From Trypethelium eluteriae (taxonomy: Eukaryota), in assembly GCA_051942245.1 (NCBI GenBank), contig JAVECL010000164.1, positions 1 to 40,979 on the forward strand: DNA of 40,979 bases. Reading direction: 5' to 3'. The notes under the pieces are model-generated. The model was not told the origin of the DNA. It saw only the letters and a program-made list of their open reading frames with translations, and made no database searches. Shown in pieces: positions 1 to 11,110 of the stretch; within the stretch, counting starts at the first letter, position 1, and every line of letters starts with the position of its first letter. Both the position numbers and the translations under genes were made by a program.

Positions 1-567
1 GGAGGAGGTTACGTGGAAGGGGCTGTAGGAGCCGAGGAAGTCGGCGATGGATTGGCCGAGTGACGTGGGTCCGGATATGAAGTCGAGGTGTCCGGGAGGT
101 GGAGAGATTTGGCGGGAGGAGAGGAATTCGACTTCTGGAGAAGATGCACGAGGGGCGGCGGGGGAGCCGTCATCTTGTGTGAGGTCTATGGGTTGAGTTT
201 GTGACTGTGACTGTGAGGACGGATCGTGTGTTGTGAAGTCTTCAACATCTATTATATCTCGATCAAAACGTGGAGGTCTGGTAGGTCGTGAGGTGGTGGC
301 ATTGCTACTATTATCTTGTTGATCCCGAAGAGGCGCTTGTGGTGGTGTATCTTCTGTGAGGTCGATGACAGTTTCCTGGCGATCAGTAGAGCCCATTGGG
401 CGTCGAAAGTCAAAACCATCTCCTGGGAATCTGATATTATCTAAGGATGGGTAACGAGGGTTGGTCGCTTGTGTAGACTGAGAGTCTGAATCGTTTGAAG
501 ACGATGGAACTTCGCTCAGCCACCGCGATGGCACATACGGAGAGGTAGATCGATTATTACTCGACAT
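1..567 (-). CDS. N-terminal part of a SUMO-interacting-motif-rich protein, probably a Slx5/Rfp1-like SUMO-targeted ubiquitin ligase subunit (runs off the window start)
   Basis: Not in the ORF track because there is no stop inside the window. ATG at 567 (in-frame TAG at 583-585 upstream) opens 189 codons to base 1: MSSNNRSTSPYVPSRW...RFPGDGFDFRRP...TVIDLTED...DIIDVED...PIDLTQDD...EVEFLSS. Four SIM-like hydrophobic cores with acidic flanks in a disordered chain. No RING is visible inside the window. Confidence 0.7.
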   Translation of the reverse strand, partial: MSSNNRSTSPYVPSRWLSEVPSSSNDSDSQSTQATNPRYPSLDNIRFPGDGFDFRRPMGSTDRQETVIDLTEDTPPQAPLRDQQDNSSNATTSRPTRPPRFDRDIIDVEDFTTHDPSSQSQSQTQPIDLTQDDGSPAAPRASSPEVEFLSSRQISPPPGHLDFISGPTSLGQSIADFLGSYSPFHVTSS

Positions 568-1175
568 TTGGTCGAAGTTTCGCTAAGAGACAGCGTCAGC
601 ATTGGTTTCGTCGATTTTATAGGTGCTTGAGGAGTAGATTTGTCGTTCATTACCTTTCGCCTTGTAGGAGTATGAGTGCACACAAAGGGCAAGCTGCTCG
701 CCATCGTCACTGACTTTGGCACAGTCAGTGAAACGGCAAAGAGGAAGCAGGCAGGTTCAAGCAGCTGAAGGTCTGCTGCATTGAGGTTGAGTGGCGGGTC
801 GAGGTTAGCGCGGGAGGGCTCGAAACGAAGTGTCGTTCAAAGCTGGCGGCAGTTGGTGGGCGCCTCAGTGATGTCGAGATCAGCAGTCTCACACCAGGCA
901 ATCCAAGAATCCTGAAGAACTGAGGATTTGAGCATCTCACTTCTTGAAGATCCCCTCAAAGTTTTTTTTATTGAAGATGCGCACATGAAGACTTCTTCGC
1001 AGGTAGACAGTAAATATCATTTCGTTGTCACGCTTGCGCAATTGATTCGCTTTGACCGAAGTCCACTACCTATCTTGTTGTACAAGCCGTCAAAGAGCAC
1101 CATTTTAAAAGATCACCTCTCCTTCGAATGAGGCTTTGAGGACTCTAAAAGAAATTTTCCGCATTTATTCCCAGT

Positions 1176-2814
1176 CTACTCCCCGCCCAAGGTGCTCACT
1201 GTACCGTCAGTCCCCAGAACTACGATAGATTGTGCCTGTGCACCCCATTCAATTGCGGAGGCTGGGATCGCCTTTCGGAACGGCTCAGACCAACTCTTTG
1301 ACGATTTCGCGTAATGCAGCACTGTCACGGAACCAGGTCCAGCGGCAGCAAGGAATTGTCCTGTATAGTCCCAAATGACGTTGGTGATGGGGTTGCCGAT
1401 GTCGTGGACTTTGAGTTCAGCAGATTTGCGTAGATCCCAAATCGAGATGGTCGTCTGGGCCTTCATGGCCGTTGCAAGCCATGTACCATTTTCTGAGAAT
1501 GCAAGAGTCTGCACCGATCCAGCGCCGTCAAAATTTGCCATATTCGCACCTGTCTTGACATCAAAGACTTGAATCTGCCCGCTGACCGCCCCAACGGCAA
1601 ACAAATGACCGTCAGGGTGGAATTTGCAGGTTGTGAGTTCTGTGCATACTGTCAACGGTGTCTCACAAAAAAGCGAACAGAATCACTGCTTACCTGAGTC
1701 TGTGAAGACATGCAAAATAACTTTAGAGCTTGTCAAGTCGTAAAGCGCAAAACTTTTATCCTGCCCAACCGAGCCCAAAAGATCACCACATGGATGCAGA
1801 GCTACTGCAGTCGCTGGGCCAGCATGCGCTCGGATCTTCGCAATCTGTGCATCTCCTTCAAAAATCTCGATCGCACCGGTCGAGGTCGCAATCACAGGCC
1901 TATCATTCCACCATAGAGCATCCGTAGCCGTACCACTACATTTCAGAGATTGCGCGATTTCTTGTTCTGTCAAATCGCATATGTCCGCCGTGCCCTGCGG
2001 ACCAGCGACCAGTGCTAATTTTTTTGTATCATTCACTGCTAATGCCTTGCTCTTGCGATGAGATGTTGGAATCGAGCCTGTAACATCAAAAGTTTCTATC
2101 CTCTCCGGGGTTGCCCAGTCTTTTGGCACAGCCCGTTTCCTACGTGTACTTGAAAGCCTACCGACGTGTTAGCATTTGCGATACCCCAACCTGAGAGTAA
2201 TAATGTACTTCTGTTGTGTAGCATCGACTTTTGCAGCGATGGCCTCAGGCACTGTCTGGGCATCGACCTGCATGGCGTCACCGTTGGTGCCACTAGCTGT
2301 ACCATTGCCAGTAATTGATAACTTTGACAATGTATCTCGTGCCTCGTCCCTCTCTTTCGTGACACGCGCGATCACCCTTACTGCTGCATCGTGCTGATAT
2401 AGCGCTGTGCTGAGCTCCTGCCGTGTTTGAGCGAGCTGTTGCTTCATTTGGTAGGTCTCAAGGACTAGGGCATCCCATTCGTTCTGGAATACAGACAGGA
2501 GAGAGGGTATAGAAGTGAGAGTAGGTGGTCGAGGGCGGACGACGCGTGCTGTCTTCAATTCTACTAAATCGTCGACCGAGAGATCTTCGCCATTGACAGG
2601 ATCCGTGCCATGTTCGGAGATATATGCCTCGACTAATCGTTTCTCAAATACATTACCTATAGGTTCATCAGCGTAAAGTAATCTACAAGAAGACTGTTGA
2701 CCCTTACCACTCTTGCGCGATGCGACTGGTGCTTGAGGCGGCTCGCCAGAGACTGTTGTTTACGTTAGTATACAATTTCTTGAATATAGTTGAAAACTCA
2801 CTTGCACAGAGCAT
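1176..2814 (-). CDS. PRP19: Pre-mRNA processing factor 19 (U-box, coiled coil, WD40), about 477 aa, 5 exons
   Basis: Exons 2814-2802, 2752-2708, 2656-2209, 2157-1694, 1639-1176 join in frame via GT-AG introns. Product MLCAISGEPPQAPVASRKSGNVFEKRL...DPVNGEDL (U-box), PRPPTLTSIPSLLSVFQNEWDALVLE...ALYQHDAAVRVIAR (Prp19 signature), then WD40 repeats. Confidence 0.97.
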
Positions 2815-3668
2815 GTCGACCCTCAACGATCTGAATAGATTAAATGGAGTAAAGGAACCTGTAAATGCTTGGCAAGAAATCTGCCTGCTCGCGAAATCTT
2901 TAGCTAGGAGGATAGGCCGAAGTTTCGCCGACCCTTGCAAGATCAACAGCCGCACATGGCAAGATTGCCTCAGGCTCAAAGCAACTCGATACTAGTTTCA
3001 CGTGCATGTCTTGTACCGTGCTTACTTTCATGCCATGCATTGTTTGCCATTGTAGCACCGTAGCCTTTGCACTACTTAATATCACCGACTTCAGTGGAAA
3101 TCATTGATCAGACTTTGTACACTCTGGTCAGCCTAATCTAAAAATGAAGCTTGTCAAGGTTACTACTCCGTAGCGCTGGCAAATCCAAAGAGGCACGAGA
3201 GGGAGGTCAGCTTGTTGCTATGTAGGTATTGCAGAGCAGGCAGGGGCTGCATGACCGCCATCAAGATCTGTCTGCCAGATGCTTGTGCTCCCACCGTGCC
3301 ACCGTGCTTCTCCTTCCCCCTACTCCCGATGGCAACCATCTTTTCCTCAATGTTGCTTCTGACGTCACGGATCCATGGGAAAGCCTCAAGGCTAAAGGAC
3401 CAACCCCACACTGTTCCCCTGGAGCTGGCCCCGCAACGATGATCTTTTGCTCAAATTTCTGGACAGTCCGAACTAAAATTGCATCGGAATACAAAGGCGA
3501 TGGTAGCTATACTGTAATGGAGCTTCCGATCGAGCTCCCGAGAGGTCAGTGCCGTCATTGGAAGTTTCTTTTCAGATTTCTTTTAAAGTCTTGTCTCTCC
3601 CGCAATTTTTCACTTTCATCTCTGATCTAAAAGACTCAACTGTTGCGCTACACCTGTGTTCGCTCAGT

Positions 3669-4760
3669 ATGGCAAGCGTCACCTCTGTGAACCTGTTGTC
3701 CCTCGCGACTAGCCTACCGTACGCTGCGCAGCTAAACTCAATTACGCCGAACGCCACATCTTCGGTTCAGTTCCTCTCCTACAATGACAGCTTCACCACT
3801 GATATTCTCGGACCGAACGTTTCCCAGGAGCTTATTTCCCACCAGCCTTATCAGGCTTTCCATGAAGCTGGCATCTATTACAAGGCCACCAACTCGGTCT
3901 ACATAGCCTCAAATTGGCAGACTTATGACAACCCTGTCAATGTCACCATCCTCAATCTCACCGACTATTCAATTAGCACGACGAGATACCCAGGGCTTTA
4001 CGAAGCGAATGGTGGCTGCCCCTATACCTCGTCGGCAGACAACAAGAGTTACCTGCTGTTCTGCGATGAAGGCAACTTTCAAGGTGCCTCTGGTCTTACT
4101 CTGGTCGATCCACTTACGAACACGACCCAGGTTATGGTCAACAACTTCCTCGGCCGTAACTTTTCCTCAATAAATGATGTGGAATGGGTTCCTGATACTG
4201 GTGATGTCTGGTTCACGGACGCAGATTATGGCTATTTCCAGAACTTTAGGCCATATCCTTCGATCCCTAAACAGGTCTATCGCTTCGAGCCATCAACCGG
4301 AGTCATACAAGCTGTGGCGGATGGCTTCGTCGAGTCCAACGGCATTGAGTTTTCTCCTGACTACAAAACATTGTACGTGACGGATACTGGCCAGCAGGAG
4401 ACGACAAACGTCAGCTTGTCACGTCCCGCCTCCATATACGCTTTTGACGTGGTCAATGGGAAATCACTACAAAATCGACGGTTATTCGCGTATGTGGATG
4501 TAGGAATACCAGATGGCATACACACAGATACACAGGGTAACGTCTTCAGTTCCTGCAGTGATGGAATTCACGTTTGGAATGCGGATGGGGTCTTGTTGGG
4601 GAAAATGGTTGTTGCTAATGGTTCGAATAATTTTGCATTCATCCCTGGTGGTCTTTTGCTATTTAACGGAGACAACTTGTACAAAGTCAATTTGAAGGCC
4701 CAAGGAAGAGCGGTTCAACGAGATTTCGGGTTGGTTTGTGAGGAGCATTGGCCTTCGTAA
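3669..4760 (+). CDS. SMP-30/gluconolactonase/LRE-family beta-propeller lactonohydrolase, 363 aa
   Basis: First ATG in the long ORF is at 3669. Motifs FHEAG, NFSSINDV, VWFTD, SNGIEFSPD, LYVTDT, PDGIHTDTQGNV match the Ca-dependent six-bladed SGL family. Apparently intronless. Confidence 0.88.
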   Translation: MASVTSVNLLSLATSLPYAAQLNSITPNATSSVQFLSYNDSFTTDILGPNVSQELISHQPYQAFHEAGIYYKATNSVYIASNWQTYDNPVNVTILNLTDYSISTTRYPGLYEANGGCPYTSSADNKSYLLFCDEGNFQGASGLTLVDPLTNTTQVMVNNFLGRNFSSINDVEWVPDTGDVWFTDADYGYFQNFRPYPSIPKQVYRFEPSTGVIQAVADGFVESNGIEFSPDYKTLYVTDTGQQETTNVSLSRPASIYAFDVVNGKSLQNRRLFAYVDVGIPDGIHTDTQGNVFSSCSDGIHVWNADGVLLGKMVVANGSNNFAFIPGGLLLFNGDNLYKVNLKAQGRAVQRDFGLVCEEHWPS

Positions 4761-5670
4761 GGTAGATTTCCCTTTCACTGTTAAGGCTCATGGATTTCAT
4801 GATACCCTTTTTTCCGAAATGGCGCCGCTTTGCCATGAAACATCATTAATAGATGCGACGTAGAGTTTAATAAGCAAATCAAGTCTAGAATCAATCCTCA
4901 TATAATATGCCTTTTCTCCGATCAGAATATTACGGTACAACGTACATAATCTATTGAATAAAATCTCCGGTATATCCGTCCATGCTAGTCTCGCTATATT
5001 TCCTCCTCAAGACCTCGTCTCTGGTCTTCCTCATCAAACTGACACATCGTACCCTTCTAAGTCTAGAGGTACTCTCGAGGCTGTTTTCTCTCACCTCTTC
5101 TGCTGAGAAGACACGTCTGTGTCCGATAATGCAAGAAATCGGCAAAAAGGACCTACAGGTCATAGACCTCAAGCTTGTCGACGTAACTCGTGGAGACATG
5201 AATGCATTCATCACGGTGAAAATGGGTTCGCTTTTGTGCTCTCGTAGCATATCCTCTATCGTGTTATCTCTATCACCTACATTCTGCGCTCGATGAACGG
5301 ATGTGCGGTGTAGCAATAATGCATGTTTTAAGAGATCGTGTTTTAAGCCTGGACTGGGTTATTTGTTAGAGAAGGGGTAGGGCTGGTAGAGGCAGAGGAT
5401 TGGAGGAGACAATTCGGAGCGTTGGACTAAACACAGGATTCTAGGGATACTACTGTTCTGGAGTCATTTACGATGGAAATCCAGGCCGAAGTGCATGTAG
5501 ACTTGCTCTTTTATGATCGATCCCGCTAGTAAGCTAAGTCTAAGTAATTTGACGATGCAGATGAGAAGCAAAGTATGTGGCTATCTATCTTACACACCAA
5601 TGCTGCCTGGCCAGAATAGACTTTCAGGAGGGCCTCAGAGAAACGCGAATGCTACGAAACCACAAATGCT

Positions 5671-6939
5671 CTATGGAGAAAGTCTAGCACGGAGCCGACG
5701 TACTAAATTCCATCCAGGTTCATTGTCTGTAGCCGCATTTGCCTTCTTCTCCTCTTCTGCCGCCTCTCTCTTGCTTTGCTTGATCTCCTCCTTCCTCCCC
5801 TCCACCTCAGCCTCGTGCATCGGAGAACGATGTCTTACTTTTGGCTCCATTCTTGGTGGAAGGTCTGGATTCGCCGCGGTATGCCGCGTAATACCCATAT
5901 GTGTGTGCTGCACGGCCTCCGGCCAGCTTTCGGCGAACTCGGCGTCCATAACGTTTGACCACGCTACTTTGACACCCTCGGAAGTGTAATAATTAACCTT
6001 CTTTGGCAGACTGAGGATACGGCGTCGGCCAAAATGAGGCGGTGGCCAGCTTCCCTTAATTAGATCCTGATCGTGGAGAATCTGTTTCGGCTCCTGTCCG
6101 CTCAAAGCACGACTGATTCTTCGTCTCTCGACCCTGTTCTTCGCTACCTCGGACACGCTTCCATCTTGTACAGTCTCATCTGCTCTTTTGATGCTGTTTC
6201 TCAACTGCCGTAGCCTGAGAATTTGCTTTGCTATATTCTCCTTCCGTCGTTCTCCTGGGGAGGGCTGATTTGGAAATTTCTGGCCAAGCATGTGTGCAGT
6301 CAGATCTTCGATTTTTGCCTCCAGTTCTGCGGGCTCGCCGTTTTGAGCCCGCTTGGCCAACTCTCTGAGCTCTGACTCAACCTGCCTCTGCTCTTCTGCG
6401 GCCTTGGCCTGTTGCTCTTCCCTAACCTGCTCTGCCTTCGCTGCAGTTTCCCGGCCAATTATCTCCTGTTTGTGGAGTATTGCAGCGAGGTCCGCTATGC
6501 TAGCTGCTTTTTGATTCATCAACGCTTTCTTGCGCCTTTTTTTCTCCAGTGGCATGCCTTCGGCGTCTTTGTCCCATGTAACATCGCGAATTCTACGATA
6601 CTCTCGGAGTTTACGAAAAGCGTCTAGACCTTGGTTGTTGCGCGGAAAGGTGACAGAAATAAGGGGGGCCCAGACATCTTTTCGGAGCGTCGCTGGGACG
6701 GATTTTTTGCCAAAGTACGCGAGCTGCTTCAAGGCATGGTTGTTCTGACATTTGCTCGTCAGCACACCCTGCTAGACACAAGAAAGGATTAAAACCGTTA
6801 CTCTCGTTCGTACCTGCATGGACTGGGTAAGGGAATAGATGACTTGGTTGGTGAGGAGATTATTGTAGATGAAAATGTGTCGGCCATGACCATCCGCTTT
6901 TTTGACCGCAATTGCGGCTTTTGTTGACTTGGTACGCAT
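5671..6939 (-). CDS. MHR1: Mitochondrial Mhr1 / mitoribosomal protein mL67, about 399 aa, 2 exons
   Basis: Exons 6939-6814 and 6744-5671. GRHIFIYNNLLTNQVIYSL, KQLAYFGKKSVPATLRKDVWAP, LMNQKAASIADLAAIL and VAWSNVMDAEFAESWPEAVQH are Mhr1-family blocks. Confidence 0.88.
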
Positions 6940-7034
6940 CGGCGTGGTGTGGGCTGTGTAGTTATCGTATCATGATGCGTTCCGAGGTCGAAAAAGATGG
7001 ACAGAGTAAAAGCTCGTTTAGATTATAGGGTAAT

Positions 7035-7070
7035 GAGTACGGAGTACGGAGTATGGAGTACAGAGGTACG
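7035..7070 (+). repeat. Short 7-bp tandem repeat (GAGTACG-like, about 5 units) in the MHR1/VPS38 divergent promoter
   Basis: gagtacg gagtacg gagtatg gagtaca gaggtacg, read directly from the sequence. Confidence 0.8.
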
Positions 7071-7293
7071 AGGAAATGTTAACCGGACTTTGCGCCGGCC
7101 GCGACATCGTAAGAATAAACCAACGCACCAGCAAACCTCCACTCAAGTCACCCTGTTCACAACCTCAATTGATATCTCGCAAGCCTGCCGTGGTAATACA
7201 GGAAACCATGAACATAGGCTTTTGGTACATGTCTCCTTGCCGGGCGCCCTACCAAGCTCTACTAAGGGAGAGCCTAACTCATCCGGCTAGGTA

Positions 7294-9301
7294 ATGGATA
7301 CGAATGGTAATTCTACAGTATGGAGTGACCAAGTCGCTCGGCGGGGAAAACCATGGCTACTACCTTTTGTAAGCCTACTCTACAAGATCAATGTTTGACG
7401 TAATTCAACGTATTGACGCTCCTTCCCAGAATCGAAAGCTCAGGCACCTTCAAGGCATTTCTATTCGGAACATCACCCTACCCCAGAATCACAGTCGACC
7501 GCGTAGAAAAACCATTGACGATGACGTTCTACCAAACACGCATCAATCACCCTCAAAACACATTCTACAACGCGAGACGAAGAAGCTGGAACATTCACGT
7601 TCATCCTCGAGTCTGAAGCCAATTCACGAGTCCTCGTTCCATGAAGAGGAGCTGGGTCGTCCTGAACATTTCATCCAGACACCGTCAAGAGAATCTTTGA
7701 AGAGACATCGCAGGAGGAGCAGTGCGCATTGGACAGATGCGGCACCGCAAGAGCGGCAGAAGAAGCTTGAGGAGGTCGCCTCGGGCCGACTGGTAGACTC
7801 GTTTTTTTCGTTGCATGTCGGCAACCTGGAGGAGCCACTATATGTGAGCGAAGTCGTTGATAAGGCGATGAATCCAAACTTTCGGCTCTTTGATCTCAGC
7901 GGCTGTAATCCAGACATCATCCGGCACCATGAATTGACTGTGAGGGTTTGGGCAAAGAGTGAGAACATGCAAGGATATCACTTTCTGATTGACTGGACCG
8001 TCGAGTTTTCACGTTTACAATACGTCGGCAAGGCAATCGAAACTTTTGATCGCTCGCTTCCTTCCAATTGTGTGTTATTCCATCTCCTAGACGGCATCTA
8101 CACCAATTTTACCTCATTTCCACAGGTGGATCTCCCTGTCACCTTCTTGGCCGGCCCGCAGAAGCCAAACTCACCACGAGCAGCTTCAACAGCTTCCTAC
8201 GAGACACTCATGCGTCTGTCTAACTTAGATGCTTGCGTTCAAGATGCGCTCGTCACTCGAGAGAAGCTTGCATCAGAAATCGATGAAATTCTCCGCAAAA
8301 ACAAGAAGTCCTTTGCGACCAAAAACCAAGTGGGAGAAACGCATGAAAAACTAGAGTCTACAAAGCGTGCCGTCGAGGCCGAGACTCGGCTTATGAATGC
8401 TGCTCGGAAAAGGCGTGACAATCTACAAACCAGCATCCAGGCTCGCAGAGACGCAATACGCGCGGGCAGTGAGGCTGACAAGACCGCATATCTCCAAATG
8501 CAGGAAGGTGGTGCGAAGGTGCAAAAGTGCAAGGAGACCTGTTATCAGATCAACGAAGGCATCACTGGACAGCGACGACGCATTTGCGAAGATCTGTTGG
8601 TAGTCTACCCGATCGAGGCAATTCCAAATCGATCTCTTGCTTTTACTATCCGTGGACTCTACTTACCGAATTCCGAAAACCTCGAAGATGCTGATGTAGA
8701 TGTCATTGCTGCAGCTTTGGGGCACGCTGCTCAAGTCGTTCAACTTCTTTCTTTCTATCTCTCTGTGCCTTTGCCGTATCCGGTCTATCCATACGCTTCG
8801 AAATCAACAATTTCTGATCCGGTTTCAATCATCAAAGGCAACGAGAGCCGCGACTTTCCACTTTTTACCAAGGGCGCGGTGCGATATCGGTTTGAATATG
8901 GCGTGTTCCTTCTGAACAAGGACATCGAGATTTTGCTCGATCGATTCAGTCTCCGCATTATGGATATACGACAGACGCTGCCAAATTTGAAGTACCTCCT
9001 CTATGTTGCGACCGCGGGAAAGGGGGAATTGCCGGCTAGAAAAGCTGGCGGTGTGAGAGGCCTGCTTAGAGGCGGAAGTGGTGGAACTACGCCGAATCTG
9101 TCACGCCAGGGGAGTCTAGGCAGTGACGGGTCTGACGAGCATGTACAGCTAGGAAAGAGTAAAGGCGTGCTTGTTGATGCAGCAAACGGTAGGGCCGTTG
9201 CAAGCAAAGGAATGCAGCGGTCAGCAATTGGATCTCTGAATGGCTCTCTGCAAAAGAACGCGACTACGCAATCCAGCAAACTGAGAGACGTCTCTCGATA
9301 A
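7294..9301 (+). CDS. VPS38: UVRAG/Vps38-like subunit of PI3-kinase complex II (Atg14/UVRAG family), about 648 aa, 2 exons
   Basis: Exon 7294-7368 (…RGKPWLLPF), intron GTAAGC…CCCAG, exon 7430-9301 (NRKLRHLQGISIRN). C2-like LYVSEVVDKAMNPNF, long coiled coil, then AALGHAAQ…YLSVPLPYP…RFEYGVFLLNKDIE…TLPNLKYLL. Confidence 0.88.
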
Positions 9302-9746
9302 GAGTCTTTGATTTGCCCGCGGTCTTTCTCGCCAGAGGCTGTTAGGGAAGGCATTCAGAACGTTCAATGCTTCTGAGAGGTACCTGGGGTATCACCTGTT
9401 TTTGTTGAGGTATCGTTCGTGTGTGTCAAATCGAATGACTAAAATGAGTAGCAGGTCATTTGAAGGTCTTTAAATAACATATGCGCAAGACTTGCATCGG
9501 ATTTGGATTTTAGAAAATTTTCAAATAATCGCATTTTAGCAATGTCAAAGTGCCACGAGACTCAGCGTCAGTGGTGTACCTTACTAGCCTTTCCAAGCAC
9601 GGCAAGTCAGGAGAGCAGCGGGTCGGCCCGCACTCCGCAAAGTGGCTCTTCCACGTCCCAATCGAAATTTCTCAATCCACGCATGCCCCAATTTACTCTG
9701 ATCTCTGCTTAAGTATCGTCCTCTTTGCTGGCGCGCACTTCTTACA

Positions 9747-10570
9747 ATGGCCGACTCCTCACGTAGTACAGCTCGGCCTCCTCCCCAGACTTCTCTCCTG
9801 AAAGCCCGTTATCTCACCTTCTACAACTTCATCTCCGCCGTCCTCTGGTTCACCGTCCTCGGCCGCACCACGCTGCTCATCCCCCTCGTCGGCTACGCCA
9901 ACATCCACGGCGGCGTCGGCAACTTCGCAAGATGGACCCAAACCCTCGCATTGATGGAGATCTTACATAGCGCCACTGGTACGTCATTGTCTTCTCCCCT
10001 CCACCACCCACGACCACCATCTCCAGTTCCTTCTCAACCCCACTGCTCTACCCAAGCATCCAGCCCGCCATCAACCCATCCTAACCACCCACTAACGCTC
10101 TCCTCACCAAAACCTCAGGCCTCGTACGCGCCCCCCTCCCCACCACCGCCCTCCAAGTCGCCTCCCGCCTCCTCCTCATCCAGCTCATCGTCCCCACCTT
10201 CCCGCACACCACCACCGCCTCCCCCGCCTACGCCAGCATGCTGGTCGCGTGGAGCAGCAGCGAAGTCGTGCGATACAGCTATTTCGCGTGGGCGCTCGGG
10301 GCGGGGTCGCCGCGCTTCATTCCGGGACTGCTGGCCTGGCTGCGCTACAACCTGTTCTTCGTGCTGTATCCGCTGGGCATCGGCAGCGAGTGCTGGTTGG
10401 TGTATCGCAGCATTGGGCCTGCGGGAAGGCTGGGCGCGGGCTGGGGCACGTGGGTCCCTGTGGCGCTGTGGGCGGTGTTGGCGGTGTATGTGCCTGGTTC
10501 GTATGTGCTGTATACGCATATGATGACGCAGCGGAGGAAAGTGATGAAGGGGAAGGGGAGGGATGAGTAA
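9747..10570 (+). CDS. PHS1: Very-long-chain 3-hydroxyacyl-CoA dehydratase (PTPLA/HACD family), about 227 aa, 2 exons
   Basis: Exons 9747-9978 and 10119-10570. YLTFYNFISAVLW, QTLALMEILHSATGLVRAP…QVASR, AWSSSEVVRYSYF, WLRYNLFFVLYPLGIGSE (catalytic Y/E), YTHMMTQRRK. Confidence 0.95.
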
Positions 10571-11110
10571 GGGTATCAGTGAGTCAGTGAGTTGGGAGAA
10601 GGTGCATCAGCATTGGGTTTGGGGGCCCTGTAATTTGAATGGCGGCAAGAGTGGGCATAGAGCATATTTTGCGAAAGATAGCATTGGCTGTGGAACTTCT
10701 GATAGACTGAGGATCCAGCCGCTACGCCTTAGCGAGCGCTGTTACGTTCAATATACCCATTTGTTGGCGCAAGGCTGGTCCAACTTCAGCTCCACGGTTT
10801 GAGCTCTTCCATGCGCACATGTGACCACGGCCCTCTGAACCCCCTTTTCCAAACTCCAGCGCTGGGACATAGATGCCAAAAATCAGATTAATGAGAATAG
10901 ACGAGGGAAAAAATTGAAAGCAAGTAAAAGGCAAATCTGTGGACTTGTCCATCAAACCGAATCATGCACTTAAGATACACTCGTAGCGAGAAGCACACAA
11001 ATTCGATCTAAAATGGCCTGCATAATGAGGAGATGCGTGCGAAGGCGTAGGGTATCAGATCGCGGAATCGGCCGCAAGCAGAATGCTGGAAAGGTATCAT
11101 CCATTGAGCG

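Noticed and set aside
3163..3630. Cluster of overlapping 76-133 aa ORFs between PRP19 and the lactonase
   Set aside because: No recognisable motifs or consistent splice model; most likely promoter/UTR.
5585..5600. Puf-type element (TGTAAGATA) in the MHR1 3' UTR
   Set aside because: Imperfect match to Puf3/Puf4 consensus and a single short motif.
9979..10523. Pro/Ser-rich continuation of the 9747 ORF and the antisense ORF 10115-10519
   Set aside because: Artefacts of reading through the PHS1 intron in a GC-rich, skewed region; the spliced frame gives a canonical PHS1.
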